NCBI GenBank assembly: GCA_021325135.1
Contig: JAJPHT010000029.1
Location: 32,001 to 96,000, forward strand
From: Pseudomonadota bacterium
GTDB lineage: Archaea > Thermoplasmatota > SW-10-69-26 > JACQPN01 > JAJPHT01
Direction: 5' to 3'
DNA: 64,000 nucleotides
Below the pieces are notes generated by a model. It ran no database searches. It had not been told where the DNA came from and worked only from the letters and a program-made list of their open reading frames with translations. The position numbers and the translations under genes are program-made. How positions within the stretch are numbered: position 1 is the first letter of the stretch; each line of letters opens with the position of its first letter. This document shows positions 36,487 through 44,620 of this stretch, one piece after another.

Positions 36487-38487
36487 ATGACCCGCACGTC
36501 ATCCGCGCGCAAGCTGGGTCTTGCCGCCCTCGCCCTCATCCTCCTTCTCGTCCCCGCCGCGCCCTTCGGCCACGCGCAGACGCAGAACCTCAACAACACG
36601 GCGGGCTCGCCCAACGAGCTTTCGTCGCCCTACGGCGGCGGTGGCGGCGCGGGCTACACGACCTCCGGCACGTTCACCACCAACGCGGGCGGCTCGCCCC
36701 ACACCGAGTACTTCCGCGTGCTGGACCGCTTCCGCGCCTCGCCCGTGCAGGACCTGGACGGCGACGGCTTCGTCTCCCTCAACGCGGCCTTGACGCCCTC
36801 CGCCGCGCGCAAGATCGACGACCTCCCCAACCTCACCGACACGGACATCCTCACGCGCATCGTCGCGCTTGGCGTCACCAAGGACAAGATGGAGGCCGAC
36901 GTCGACGCGGGCCTCTCGTGGAACCCCGCCTTCGACGCCACGCGCGCCTCCGTGAAGCTCGACATCGACAACCAGCACTACAAGGACGCGGTCCTCCTTC
37001 TGCGCAGCACGCCCCTGGCCATGACGTACTGGTGCGGCATCCAGGGCGACACGCCCACGGGCTACCTGTGGACTGCCGCCATCCCCTACCCCATGGTGTG
37101 CAACGCGGCGAAGACCTCCCGCGTCACGGCCTACACCGCCCTCAACTGCCAGGCGACCTCCCTCACGTCCCCCACGCAGCAGCGCCCCTGGAAGGGGTGC
37201 TTCGAGCCCGCGGTGGACCCCAGCGGCTGGGCCTCGCACCCCGAGTCCACGGCGCGCGACATCAACCTCGTGAACATGACGACGACGTTCCGCGGCGAGG
37301 ACTCGGCCACGAGCTACCTCACCGTGCAGATGGGCGTGGGCTGGCGCGACCACCAGTTCGGCGCCATCGCCGCGACGCGCGACCTCTGGTCGATCCAGTT
37401 CCAGCTGACGCCCCTCACCTCGTCCAACCCCGTCGCGAACGTCGTCTGGGGCCGCACGACGCCCACCGCCTACTTCGACACCGCGCACCCCGTGACGTAC
37501 ACGTGGGGCTACAACTACAGCCTCGACCGCTCCCTCACGCTGGCCAACGTGGGGACCTCCAGCGCGTTCTCCGCCATCTTCCAGCTGAGCGACCGCGACA
37601 CCGGCGGCGAGTACGTCTGGAACGACCCCGACTGGGAGATCCGCTACCTCCGCGCCGTCACCAAGGACAACAACCCCATCCACGCCTACTTCGACCTGAA
37701 GGCGGGCAACGCGCTCCAGGCGAACTTCTGGAACCTCACCGACGACCAGGGCAACGTCGTCGTGCCGACGTTCCTCTCCGGGCTCCCCCCGGTGGGCGCC
37801 GCGGGCACCAAGCACGTCTTCCAGCTCTACCTCAACTCCTCCACCGACGTGGGCGCGAGGCCCATCTTCGCGTGGGCCGGCGAGTCCAGCTATACGTACT
37901 CGCTCTCGTCGGGCACCTTCGGGTCGGGCAAGATCGTGGGCCTGCCCAGCGGGACGATGATCGTGGGCGACGACGGCAGCGACGGCGACCTCATCCCCTC
38001 CGTCGACGTCGTCAAGCAGCTCTCCAGCGGGCCGGGCTACTTCCGCGGCCTCCTCTTCTCGGGGAAGACGGCGGGGCGCGTGTTCGACACGACCAACGAC
38101 AACGTCACGCGCTTCTTCGCCGCCGTGGGCACGCGCAACCCCTTCGACACGACCAGCTCGCCCTTCGTCTACCACGGCTCCAGGCCCGGCCAGTCGTCCA
38201 TCTCCCAGGACAACCTCACCATCGCGTCGAGCGCGATGAACTGGACGTGGGACGTCTCGGGCGGCGTGAACTTCACCGACAACGTGAGCATGATCGACGC
38301 GCACACGTCGCAGTACCTCATCACGCCCCACATCTCCTCGTGCGATCCCCAGTGCACGGGCACCCTGGGCGACGACGACAAGCTCTCCTTCACCGTGGAC
38401 GGCGCGGTGAAGGCGTGGGAGTGGACGCCGCTGGTGCCCAACACCGCGTCGTGCGCATACAAGTACCTCGACGGCACCTGCCTGTGA
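36487..38487 (+). CDS. secreted hypothetical protein (666 aa)
   Basis: Signal peptide ending PFGHA; DLDGDG Ca-binding-like loop; strong codon bias; no family recognised. Confidence 0.85.
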   Translation: MTRTSSARKLGLAALALILLLVPAAPFGHAQTQNLNNTAGSPNELSSPYGGGGGAGYTTSGTFTTNAGGSPHTEYFRVLDRFRASPVQDLDGDGFVSLNAALTPSAARKIDDLPNLTDTDILTRIVALGVTKDKMEADVDAGLSWNPAFDATRASVKLDIDNQHYKDAVLLLRSTPLAMTYWCGIQGDTPTGYLWTAAIPYPMVCNAAKTSRVTAYTALNCQATSLTSPTQQRPWKGCFEPAVDPSGWASHPESTARDINLVNMTTTFRGEDSATSYLTVQMGVGWRDHQFGAIAATRDLWSIQFQLTPLTSSNPVANVVWGRTTPTAYFDTAHPVTYTWGYNYSLDRSLTLANVGTSSAFSAIFQLSDRDTGGEYVWNDPDWEIRYLRAVTKDNNPIHAYFDLKAGNALQANFWNLTDDQGNVVVPTFLSGLPPVGAAGTKHVFQLYLNSSTDVGARPIFAWAGESSYTYSLSSGTFGSGKIVGLPSGTMIVGDDGSDGDLIPSVDVVKQLSSGPGYFRGLLFSGKTAGRVFDTTNDNVTRFFAAVGTRNPFDTTSSPFVYHGSRPGQSSISQDNLTIASSAMNWTWDVSGGVNFTDNVSMIDAHTSQYLITPHISSCDPQCTGTLGDDDKLSFTVDGAVKAWEWTPLVPNTASCAYKYLDGTCL

Positions 38488-38492
38488 GGACC

Positions 38493-40379
38493 ATGCGCCC
38501 CACCCTGCGCGCCCTGCTCGCCGCCGCGCTGCTGCTCCCGCTCCTGCCCGCCGCGCAGGCGCAGGGATCGCCTCCGGAGCCCGTCTCCGGCGCGGCGGCC
38601 GCCGCCGTGGGCGAGGCCGTCTACCTCTTCGGAGGGACCGGCGCGTCGGGCGCCAGCGATGGGATCGCGCGCGTGACGCCCGACGGCCGGGCCGCCAGCG
38701 TCGCCGCGCGCCTCCCCGCGCCCATGACGGGCGTCGCGGCGGCGTGGACGGGGGACGTGGTGCTCCTGGTGGGCGGCGCCCAGGACGGGCGCCCCACGGA
38801 CCGCGTCCTCGCCTACTCGCCCCAGGAGGACCGCGTGACGGAGCTGGCGGCGCGCCTCCCCGAGCCCGTCTCGCGCGCCGCCGTCGCCTGGACCGGGAAG
38901 ACGCTCCTGGTCTTCGGAGGGACTGAGTCCGGGCGCGTCATCGAGGTCGACCCCGCGGCGCCTTCGGCCCGCGCGCTGGACGCGCGCCTGCCCAGCCCGC
39001 GCGTGGGCATGGTGGCCGCGTGGGCGCCCTCCGCGTGCCCGGGAGGGTGCGCCTTCGCCTTCGGCGGGACCGACTGCGCGCTGGGCTGCTCGCAGCCCTC
39101 CGCGGGCGCGTTCCGCTACAGCCCCGCCAACGGCTCGCTGGACGCCGTGGCGGACCTCCCCGCCGCGGGCTGCTGCGAGGTCGCCGCGCGCGTGGAGGGG
39201 CGCATCGCGCTCCTCTCCACCGACCTCTACTCCTACGACCCCGCCACGGACAAGTATGATATCATCCCCCATCCGCTCGCGGCGCCGAGGCCCGGCGTGC
39301 GCGGCGCGGCCGTGGGCGACCGCCTCCTCCTCTTCGGCGGGATGGAGTGCGGCGCCACGCGGTGCGAGCCCTCCGCGCGCGTCCTCTCCCTCGACCCCGC
39401 CACCGGGGAATCCACCTCCTTCGGGCGGCTTCCTGCTCCGCTCGCGGACGCGGCCGCCGCGCCGAAGCAGGGCGACCTCTTCCTCCTGGGCGGCCGCGGC
39501 CCCCAAGGCCCCGTGGACACGGTCCTGCGCCTCGACCCCGCCACGCGCGAGACGACGCTCCTCCCCGCGCGCCTCCCCGAGCCCCGGGAGAAGGCCAGCG
39601 CCGCGTGGACCGCCTCGGGGCTCCTCCTCGCGGGCGGCGCCACGCCCGCCGGCCTCAGCGATTCCATCCTCCGCTGGGACGGCCGCGGCGCCTTCGCCCA
39701 GGCGGGCCGCCTTCCCCACCCGGTCGCCGGCGCGGCCTCCGCCACCGACGGCGCGCGCGTCTGGCTCGCCGGCGGCTCGGGCCCCTCGGGAGCGCGGGAC
39801 GAGGTGCTGCTCCTCGCCGCCGGCGGGGGCAGCGCCACGGTGGTCGGCCACCTCCCCGAGCCGCGCCGGGACGCCGCAGGCGCCTGGGACGGCTCGCGGC
39901 TCCTGATCCTGGGCGGGAGCGTGTGCCCCGCCGGGGGCGCCTGCCGCGCCACCGACGACGCGCTGGCCTTCGACCCCGCCACCGGCGACGTCCAGCGCCT
40001 CGCGCCGCTTCCCTTCGCGGTCTCCTCCGCCGCGGTCGCCGCGCGGGGCGGAAGCGTCTGGCTCGCGGGCGGCTGCGGCGAGCCGTGCACCGCCTCCACC
40101 GCGACCCCCGCCGCGCAGGCGCTTCCTGCGGGGGGATCGCCCCAGGCCCTCGCCGACAAGCTGCCCAGCGCGCGCTCGGGCGCCGCCGCCGTCGCGCTCC
40201 AGGGGAAGCTCGTCGTCGCGGGCGGCCGCGCGGCGGAGGGCGCCCTGGACGAGGTGGCCGTGCTGGACGCGACGCGCGTCGAGGCGCCGCAGAAGGCGGC
40301 GCGCCCCGCGCCGGCCCCCGCGCCCTTCCTGGCGCTGGCGGCCGCAGCGCTCCTGGCGCGCCGGGCTCAAAGGCGGTAG
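38493..40379 (+). CDS. secreted Kelch-repeat (double beta-propeller) protein with a C-terminal hydrophobic/basic anchor-like tail
   Basis: About 12 repeats of the form LP.P...AAAA..G..hhhhGG.....D.V..YDP; tail APAPAPFLALAAAALLARRAQRR. Confidence 0.85.
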   Translation: MRPTLRALLAAALLLPLLPAAQAQGSPPEPVSGAAAAAVGEAVYLFGGTGASGASDGIARVTPDGRAASVAARLPAPMTGVAAAWTGDVVLLVGGAQDGRPTDRVLAYSPQEDRVTELAARLPEPVSRAAVAWTGKTLLVFGGTESGRVIEVDPAAPSARALDARLPSPRVGMVAAWAPSACPGGCAFAFGGTDCALGCSQPSAGAFRYSPANGSLDAVADLPAAGCCEVAARVEGRIALLSTDLYSYDPATDKYDIIPHPLAAPRPGVRGAAVGDRLLLFGGMECGATRCEPSARVLSLDPATGESTSFGRLPAPLADAAAAPKQGDLFLLGGRGPQGPVDTVLRLDPATRETTLLPARLPEPREKASAAWTASGLLLAGGATPAGLSDSILRWDGRGAFAQAGRLPHPVAGAASATDGARVWLAGGSGPSGARDEVLLLAAGGGSATVVGHLPEPRRDAAGAWDGSRLLILGGSVCPAGGACRATDDALAFDPATGDVQRLAPLPFAVSSAAVAARGGSVWLAGGCGEPCTASTATPAAQALPAGGSPQALADKLPSARSGAAAVALQGKLVVAGGRAAEGALDEVAVLDATRVEAPQKAARPAPAPAPFLALAAAALLARRAQRR

Positions 40380-40729
40380 CGGGCGCAGAGCGGACACCGC
40401 ACGGCGTGGAGCTCCTGCTCGATCTCCTCGGCGCTCTTGCCGTCGGGGTGGTGGAAGAGGATCTCGCGCCCGCGCACGGCAAGCTGGACGCCGCCTGTGA
40501 CGGCCAGGTCGGCCAGCTCCGCGGAGTCGCGCACCTCGGTGATCCACGCCAGGACCACGTCGGCCTCCTCCAGGGAGACCTCCCCCTCGGGGTCCAGCCG
40601 CGCGAGGTTGAGCAGGACGTCGGAGAGCTGGCCCGCGTCGAGGCGGCCCGCGTAGGGTCCGCGCAGCCTCGCCACGGCCTCGGCCACGGGGACCCGACCC
40701 CTTTGAGGCTCCGCTTCGCCGGCTCGCAT
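40367..40729 (-). CDS. hypothetical protein with C-terminal CPLC motif
   Basis: Acidic globular composition; ATG 40729 lies about 25 nt downstream of ATTTATA (leaderless spacing). An alternative GTG start exists at 40687. Confidence 0.65.
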   Translation of the reverse strand: MRAGEAEPQRGRVPVAEAVARLRGPYAGRLDAGQLSDVLLNLARLDPEGEVSLEEADVVLAWITEVRDSAELADLAVTGGVQLAVRGREILFHHPDGKSAEEIEQELHAVRCPLCARYRL

Positions 40730-40751
40730 CGCGCCTTGACGCCGCCGGGCC

Positions 40752-40758
40752 TATAAAT
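40752..40758 (-). promoter_or_regulatory. probable TATA box
   Basis: TATAAAT (+) / ATTTATA (-) AT island in a divergent intergenic region, at canonical distance from ATG 40729. Confidence 0.5.
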
Positions 40759-40885
40759 CGAGATTTGCCTGGGGCTGCCGGGAACGCCCCCCTTGAACGG
40801 GTCCAGACGCAGAGCCCGGATCGGCAATCGGCATCAAACAACCCTAAGTAGGGGCGATCCCGTCGAGCGGCTGGAGGATAACAAC

Positions 40886-41098
40886 ATGAGTCGAACCGCG
40901 ATTCTCCTCGCCCTTCTTGCCCTCGCCTCGTTGACCCCCCTCGCCACGGCGGAGATCACCCCCCAGTCCGACCTGCTGAACCCCACCTTTGTCCTGGGCA
41001 AGGGTCCCTGCAGCAGCGCCGACGACTGCTGCCCGCTGGACCCCACCTACTACGTGACCCACCCCTACGGCGTGACGAACAACTGCCAACAGGCCTGA
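40886..41098 (+). CDS. small secreted peptide (70 aa, 4 Cys in mature part)
   Basis: GGAGG SD; signal peptide MSRTAILLALLALASLTPLATA; mature EITPQSDLLNPTFVLGKGPCSSADDCCPLDPTYYVTHPYGVTNNCQQA. Confidence 0.8.
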   Translation: MSRTAILLALLALASLTPLATAEITPQSDLLNPTFVLGKGPCSSADDCCPLDPTYYVTHPYGVTNNCQQA

Positions 41099-41114
41099 TC
41101 CGGGAAGCCTCGAC

Positions 41115-42596
41115 ATGACGCCCGCGCCGGTCCGCCTCCTGGTCCCGCTCGCCCTGGCTGCCCTCCTCAGCCTCGGCGCCGCGTCGGCCAGCAGCGCGAT
41201 TGACGCGGGCGTCGCCTACGTCCAGGTCCAGGACTCGCGGGGGTCGGAGTGCGGCTCCCCCGTCCCGGACGTCTGCGCGGCCTCCACGCACGTCGACCCC
41301 GCCTCTCCGGGCGAGTCCACGGTGGACGCCTACCAGCGCATCGACTACGTCGGCGTCGCCACCAACCCCGACGGCGCCGGCATCCCCGTTTCCTCTCTTG
41401 GGCTCCCGGTCCCCGACGAGTCCTACACCGTCCACGGCAGCGACCTCTACGTCCGCGAGCCCTTCGTCCGCTTCGCGACGGAGCGCTGGCAGGACGTCTC
41501 CTCCCACCTCCCCGGCACGCCCGCCTACCTCCACATGGGGAGCGACGGCGTGGGCCTCCACTACGACGGCCCCAGCCCGTGGGACCCCAGCACCAGCGGG
41601 CCCCAGGCCGTGGGCTTCGACTATTCCCACGGCCAGGGCGTCGGCTACGAGCAGGTGGGCCCCGTGAACGCGCCCACCGGCACCAGCACCGACGAGGACG
41701 CCACCGGCTGGGAGACCGAGGTCTGCGACCCCGCCGACGCCACCTGCCACGGCGTCGCCCAGGGCTTCCGCGAGGCCTCGCCGAACGCCACCTGGGGCCT
41801 TGAGATCTACGACCTCCAGGCCGCCTCCAACCGCAGCGCGCTCACGGGCCCCGTCGCGCCCCATCTCGCCGCCGCCCCCGCCGCCCCGGCGGCGCCCGCG
41901 CCCGCCCCCCTTGTGGCGGCCGTTCCCCCCAGCCCCGGCGCCATCCCGCCGGCCGTCCACGCCCGCGCCGACGCCCCCGCGCCCTTCGCCGCCCGCGCGC
42001 CCCCCGCCCCGCGCGACGAGGGCGCGAAGGTCCTCGCCCGCGCCTCGGCCGGGGTGGCTCCCCCCTCGGCGCTGCGCGACCTCGCCGTCGCCGTGGCCGG
42101 CGGCGCCGTCCTGGCCGCGATCTTCAGCTCCCTCTACAACCGCTTCACCACCCGCGCCGAGGTCCTGGAGTCGGACGTCCGCGCGAAGCTCCTCCAGCTC
42201 ATCGGCGAGCGGCCGGGCATCTGCATCTCCGACGCCGTCCCCAGCCTGGGCATGACGCGCAACGCCGTGCTCCACCACGTCCGCATGCTGGCCCGCGCCC
42301 GCGTCATCGTCGTCGTCACCGAGGAGGGGCGCAAGCTGCTCTACCTCCCCGGCACGCAGCCGCAGCAGAGCCCCCTTCCCCCTGCCCTCCTGCGCCACCC
42401 CGTGCGCGGCGCCCTCCTCGCCGCCCTGCGCGAGTCCCCCGGCGGCATGACGCGCGACCAGGTGCACCAGCTGCTCTCCCACGTCCCGGAGCGCACCCGC
42501 AACTACACCATCGCCAGGCTCGCCGAGCGCAACATCATCCAGCAGCGCGCCGGGCCTGCAGGCGAGGCGATGCTGGTGCTCAACGAGGCCCCCTGA
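41115..42596 (+). CDS. membrane-anchored tandem winged-helix regulator with an extracellular domain
   Basis: Signal peptide, acidic ectodomain with Cys pairs, Pro/Ala linker, TM LAVAVAGGAVLAAIFSSLY, then VLESDVRAKLLQLI..RPG...LHHVRML and a second wHTH LRHPVRGALL..L..SPG. Confidence 0.8.
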   Translation: MTPAPVRLLVPLALAALLSLGAASASSAIDAGVAYVQVQDSRGSECGSPVPDVCAASTHVDPASPGESTVDAYQRIDYVGVATNPDGAGIPVSSLGLPVPDESYTVHGSDLYVREPFVRFATERWQDVSSHLPGTPAYLHMGSDGVGLHYDGPSPWDPSTSGPQAVGFDYSHGQGVGYEQVGPVNAPTGTSTDEDATGWETEVCDPADATCHGVAQGFREASPNATWGLEIYDLQAASNRSALTGPVAPHLAAAPAAPAAPAPAPLVAAVPPSPGAIPPAVHARADAPAPFAARAPPAPRDEGAKVLARASAGVAPPSALRDLAVAVAGGAVLAAIFSSLYNRFTTRAEVLESDVRAKLLQLIGERPGICISDAVPSLGMTRNAVLHHVRMLARARVIVVVTEEGRKLLYLPGTQPQQSPLPPALLRHPVRGALLAALRESPGGMTRDQVHQLLSHVPERTRNYTIARLAERNIIQQRAGPAGEAMLVLNEAP

Positions 42597-42642
42597 GGCC
42601 GCAGGGACAAGCGCCATACGCGGGGACCCCGCTGCCCGCGCC

Positions 42643-43428
42643 GTGGCCGGATACCTGCGCGGCTACCGCCTCTCGCCGCGCCTCGTGCTTCGCGTCTGGC
42701 AGCGCGAGCTGACCCTCTACCGCCGCATCTGGCCCTCCACCATCCTCAGCACGCTCTTCGACCCCATCCTCTACCTCCTCGCCATGGGGTTCGGCCTGGG
42801 CACCTACGTCGCCTCCATCCACGGCGTGCCCTACATCCAGTTCATCGGGCCGGGCCTCGTCGCCTCCAGCATCATGACCGCGGCCGCCTACGAAGCCGCG
42901 TGGAACTCCTACGTGCGCATCTTCGTGGAGCGCAGCTACGACGGCATGATGACGACGCCCGCGGAATTGGAGGACGTCGTCGCGGGCGAGGTCATGTGGG
43001 CCGCCACGCGCTCCCTCATCAGCAGCAGCGTCATGCTCGTGGTGCTCGCGATCTTCGGCCTGCTGCGCTCGCCCCTCTTCCTCCTCGTGCCCTTCGTCGC
43101 CGCGCTGGCGGGCGTCATGTTCACCGTGCTGGGGCTCTCCTACACGGTGCGCCTGCGCCACATGGACCAGCTCACGTTCATGTTCACGCTGGGCATCACG
43201 CCCATGTACCTCTTCAGCGGGATCTTCTTCCCCCTGGACAACATGCCCGCGTGGCTCCAGACCGCCGCGTGGGCCAGCCCGCTCTACCACGTCGTGGAGG
43301 TCGTGCGCGCGCTCATCCTGGGAACGCCGTCGTGGCTCTCCCTCGTGCACGTGGCGTGGATAGCAGGGCTCATCGCCCTCTTCTGGGGCATGCCCAGCAA
43401 GGTGCTGCGCAAGAGGCTCACGAGCTGA
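42643..43428 (+). CDS. ABC-2 exporter permease (NodJ-like)
   Basis: DPILYLLAMGFGLG, YIQFIGPGL, ITPMYLFSGIFFP, SPLYH; about six TM segments. Confidence 0.9.
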   Translation: MAGYLRGYRLSPRLVLRVWQRELTLYRRIWPSTILSTLFDPILYLLAMGFGLGTYVASIHGVPYIQFIGPGLVASSIMTAAAYEAAWNSYVRIFVERSYDGMMTTPAELEDVVAGEVMWAATRSLISSSVMLVVLAIFGLLRSPLFLLVPFVAALAGVMFTVLGLSYTVRLRHMDQLTFMFTLGITPMYLFSGIFFPLDNMPAWLQTAAWASPLYHVVEVVRALILGTPSWLSLVHVAWIAGLIALFWGMPSKVLRKRLTS

Positions 43429-43504
43429 GCCGCGCGACGTGGATCGGTCCTTGCCACGACGTGGGATGTGTTCTGGAGGGAGGGCGCTTCCTGGAGCGAT
43501 CGTC

Positions 43505-44170
43505 ATGCGCATCCGGATCTTCACCCTCCTGGCCCTCCTCTCGGCGTCCCTGGTTCCTGCGCCCGCCGCGGCCACCGCCGGGTCGTGCACGTTCGAGGAC
43601 ACCTCGTTCGCCAACACGTCGTACACGTCGGGACCCGGCGTGCTCAGCTCGTCGGGGAGTTCCGGCGGGGCGATCTCAGGCTCCGCGCACGTCCGGTCCA
43701 GCGACGCCTCCACGGACTGGGGCAAGGCCACGGGGCGCGTGAACGGCGCGCGTCACCACCTGGACGCCGGGTTTTGGGACGTCGTCTTCTCCTACGGCGC
43801 GGCCAGCGGCTCGCTTTCCTATTCCGACGCCGCCGTGGAGGGCGTCGTGCGCACCGGCGTCCAGGTGGAGTTCTTCAGCGAAAGCGCGATCACCGAGTCG
43901 GTCAGCGCGTCGGGCGACCTCATCACGGCCCCCGAGCAGGGCAGCGCCTCCGAGCCCGCCGGCGCGATCATCGTCCACGTCGACGTCGCAGACCCTGGCG
44001 TGGACGTCGACGGCCTGTTCTTCGGCGACGCGCACGTCCGGCACGACAGCAACGCCGACATCCAGGCGACCATCAGCTGGAGCGGCACGTCCATCTGCTG
44101 GCAGAAGACGGCGAACGCAAGCGCCAGCCAGACACTTCTGACCGCCCGCCGGCTCCTTGGCAGGACTTGA
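43505..44170 (+). CDS. secreted hypothetical protein
   Basis: Signal peptide MRIRIFTLLALLSASLVPAPAAA; Ser/Gly/Asp-rich beta-type body with two Cys. Confidence 0.7.
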   Translation: MRIRIFTLLALLSASLVPAPAAATAGSCTFEDTSFANTSYTSGPGVLSSSGSSGGAISGSAHVRSSDASTDWGKATGRVNGARHHLDAGFWDVVFSYGAASGSLSYSDAAVEGVVRTGVQVEFFSESAITESVSASGDLITAPEQGSASEPAGAIIVHVDVADPGVDVDGLFFGDAHVRHDSNADIQATISWSGTSICWQKTANASASQTLLTARRLLGRT

Positions 44171-44175
44171 GGGCG

Positions 44176-44478
44176 TCACCCCTCGCGCGCCGCGCCGGTC
44201 CGGTCGGCCCAGCTGGCGTTGGAGAGAAGCTGCACGCCGGTGACGACGCCCCACACCCAGCCCACGATGATGATCGCCAGGAAGAACTGCGCGATGGCGC
44301 GGCCGATGAGCGGGCGCCCGCTGGTGATGCCGGCGATGAGCGTGCCCAGCCCGGGGATGATGATGTTCGCGATGAGGCACCCCACCGCGAGGGGCGTGCC
44401 CAGCACGGGCGCCTTGGGGTACGGGGGCGTGGGGGAGGCCGGCGTCGGGGCCGGGGACATGGGCATGGCGGAAGCCAT
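44176..44478 (-). CDS. small membrane protein resembling the SPEC3/Stum family
   Basis: PVL..PLAVGCLIANIIIPGLGTLIAG...AIAQFFLAIIIVGWVWGVVTG. Confidence 0.7.
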   Translation of the reverse strand: MASAMPMSPAPTPASPTPPYPKAPVLGTPLAVGCLIANIIIPGLGTLIAGITSGRPLIGRAIAQFFLAIIIVGWVWGVVTGVQLLSNASWADRTGAAREG

Positions 44479-44620
44479 GCGAGCGAAAAGGGGCTCCTGA
44501 AGTATGAAGGCCCGCCCAGTCGCGCGCGACCATCGCGGACACCGCGTTTCGGCCGAAGCCTCTCCTCGCGGCGCGAGCGCCGCTCGTCGGGATCGGCCTC
44601 ACGCGGCCATCACGATGGTC

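Noticed and set aside
17564-42642. Mobile element or prophage explaining the block between the ABC genes
   Set aside because: No integrase, transposase, phage gene, tRNA target or flanking direct repeats seen; codon usage is host-like.
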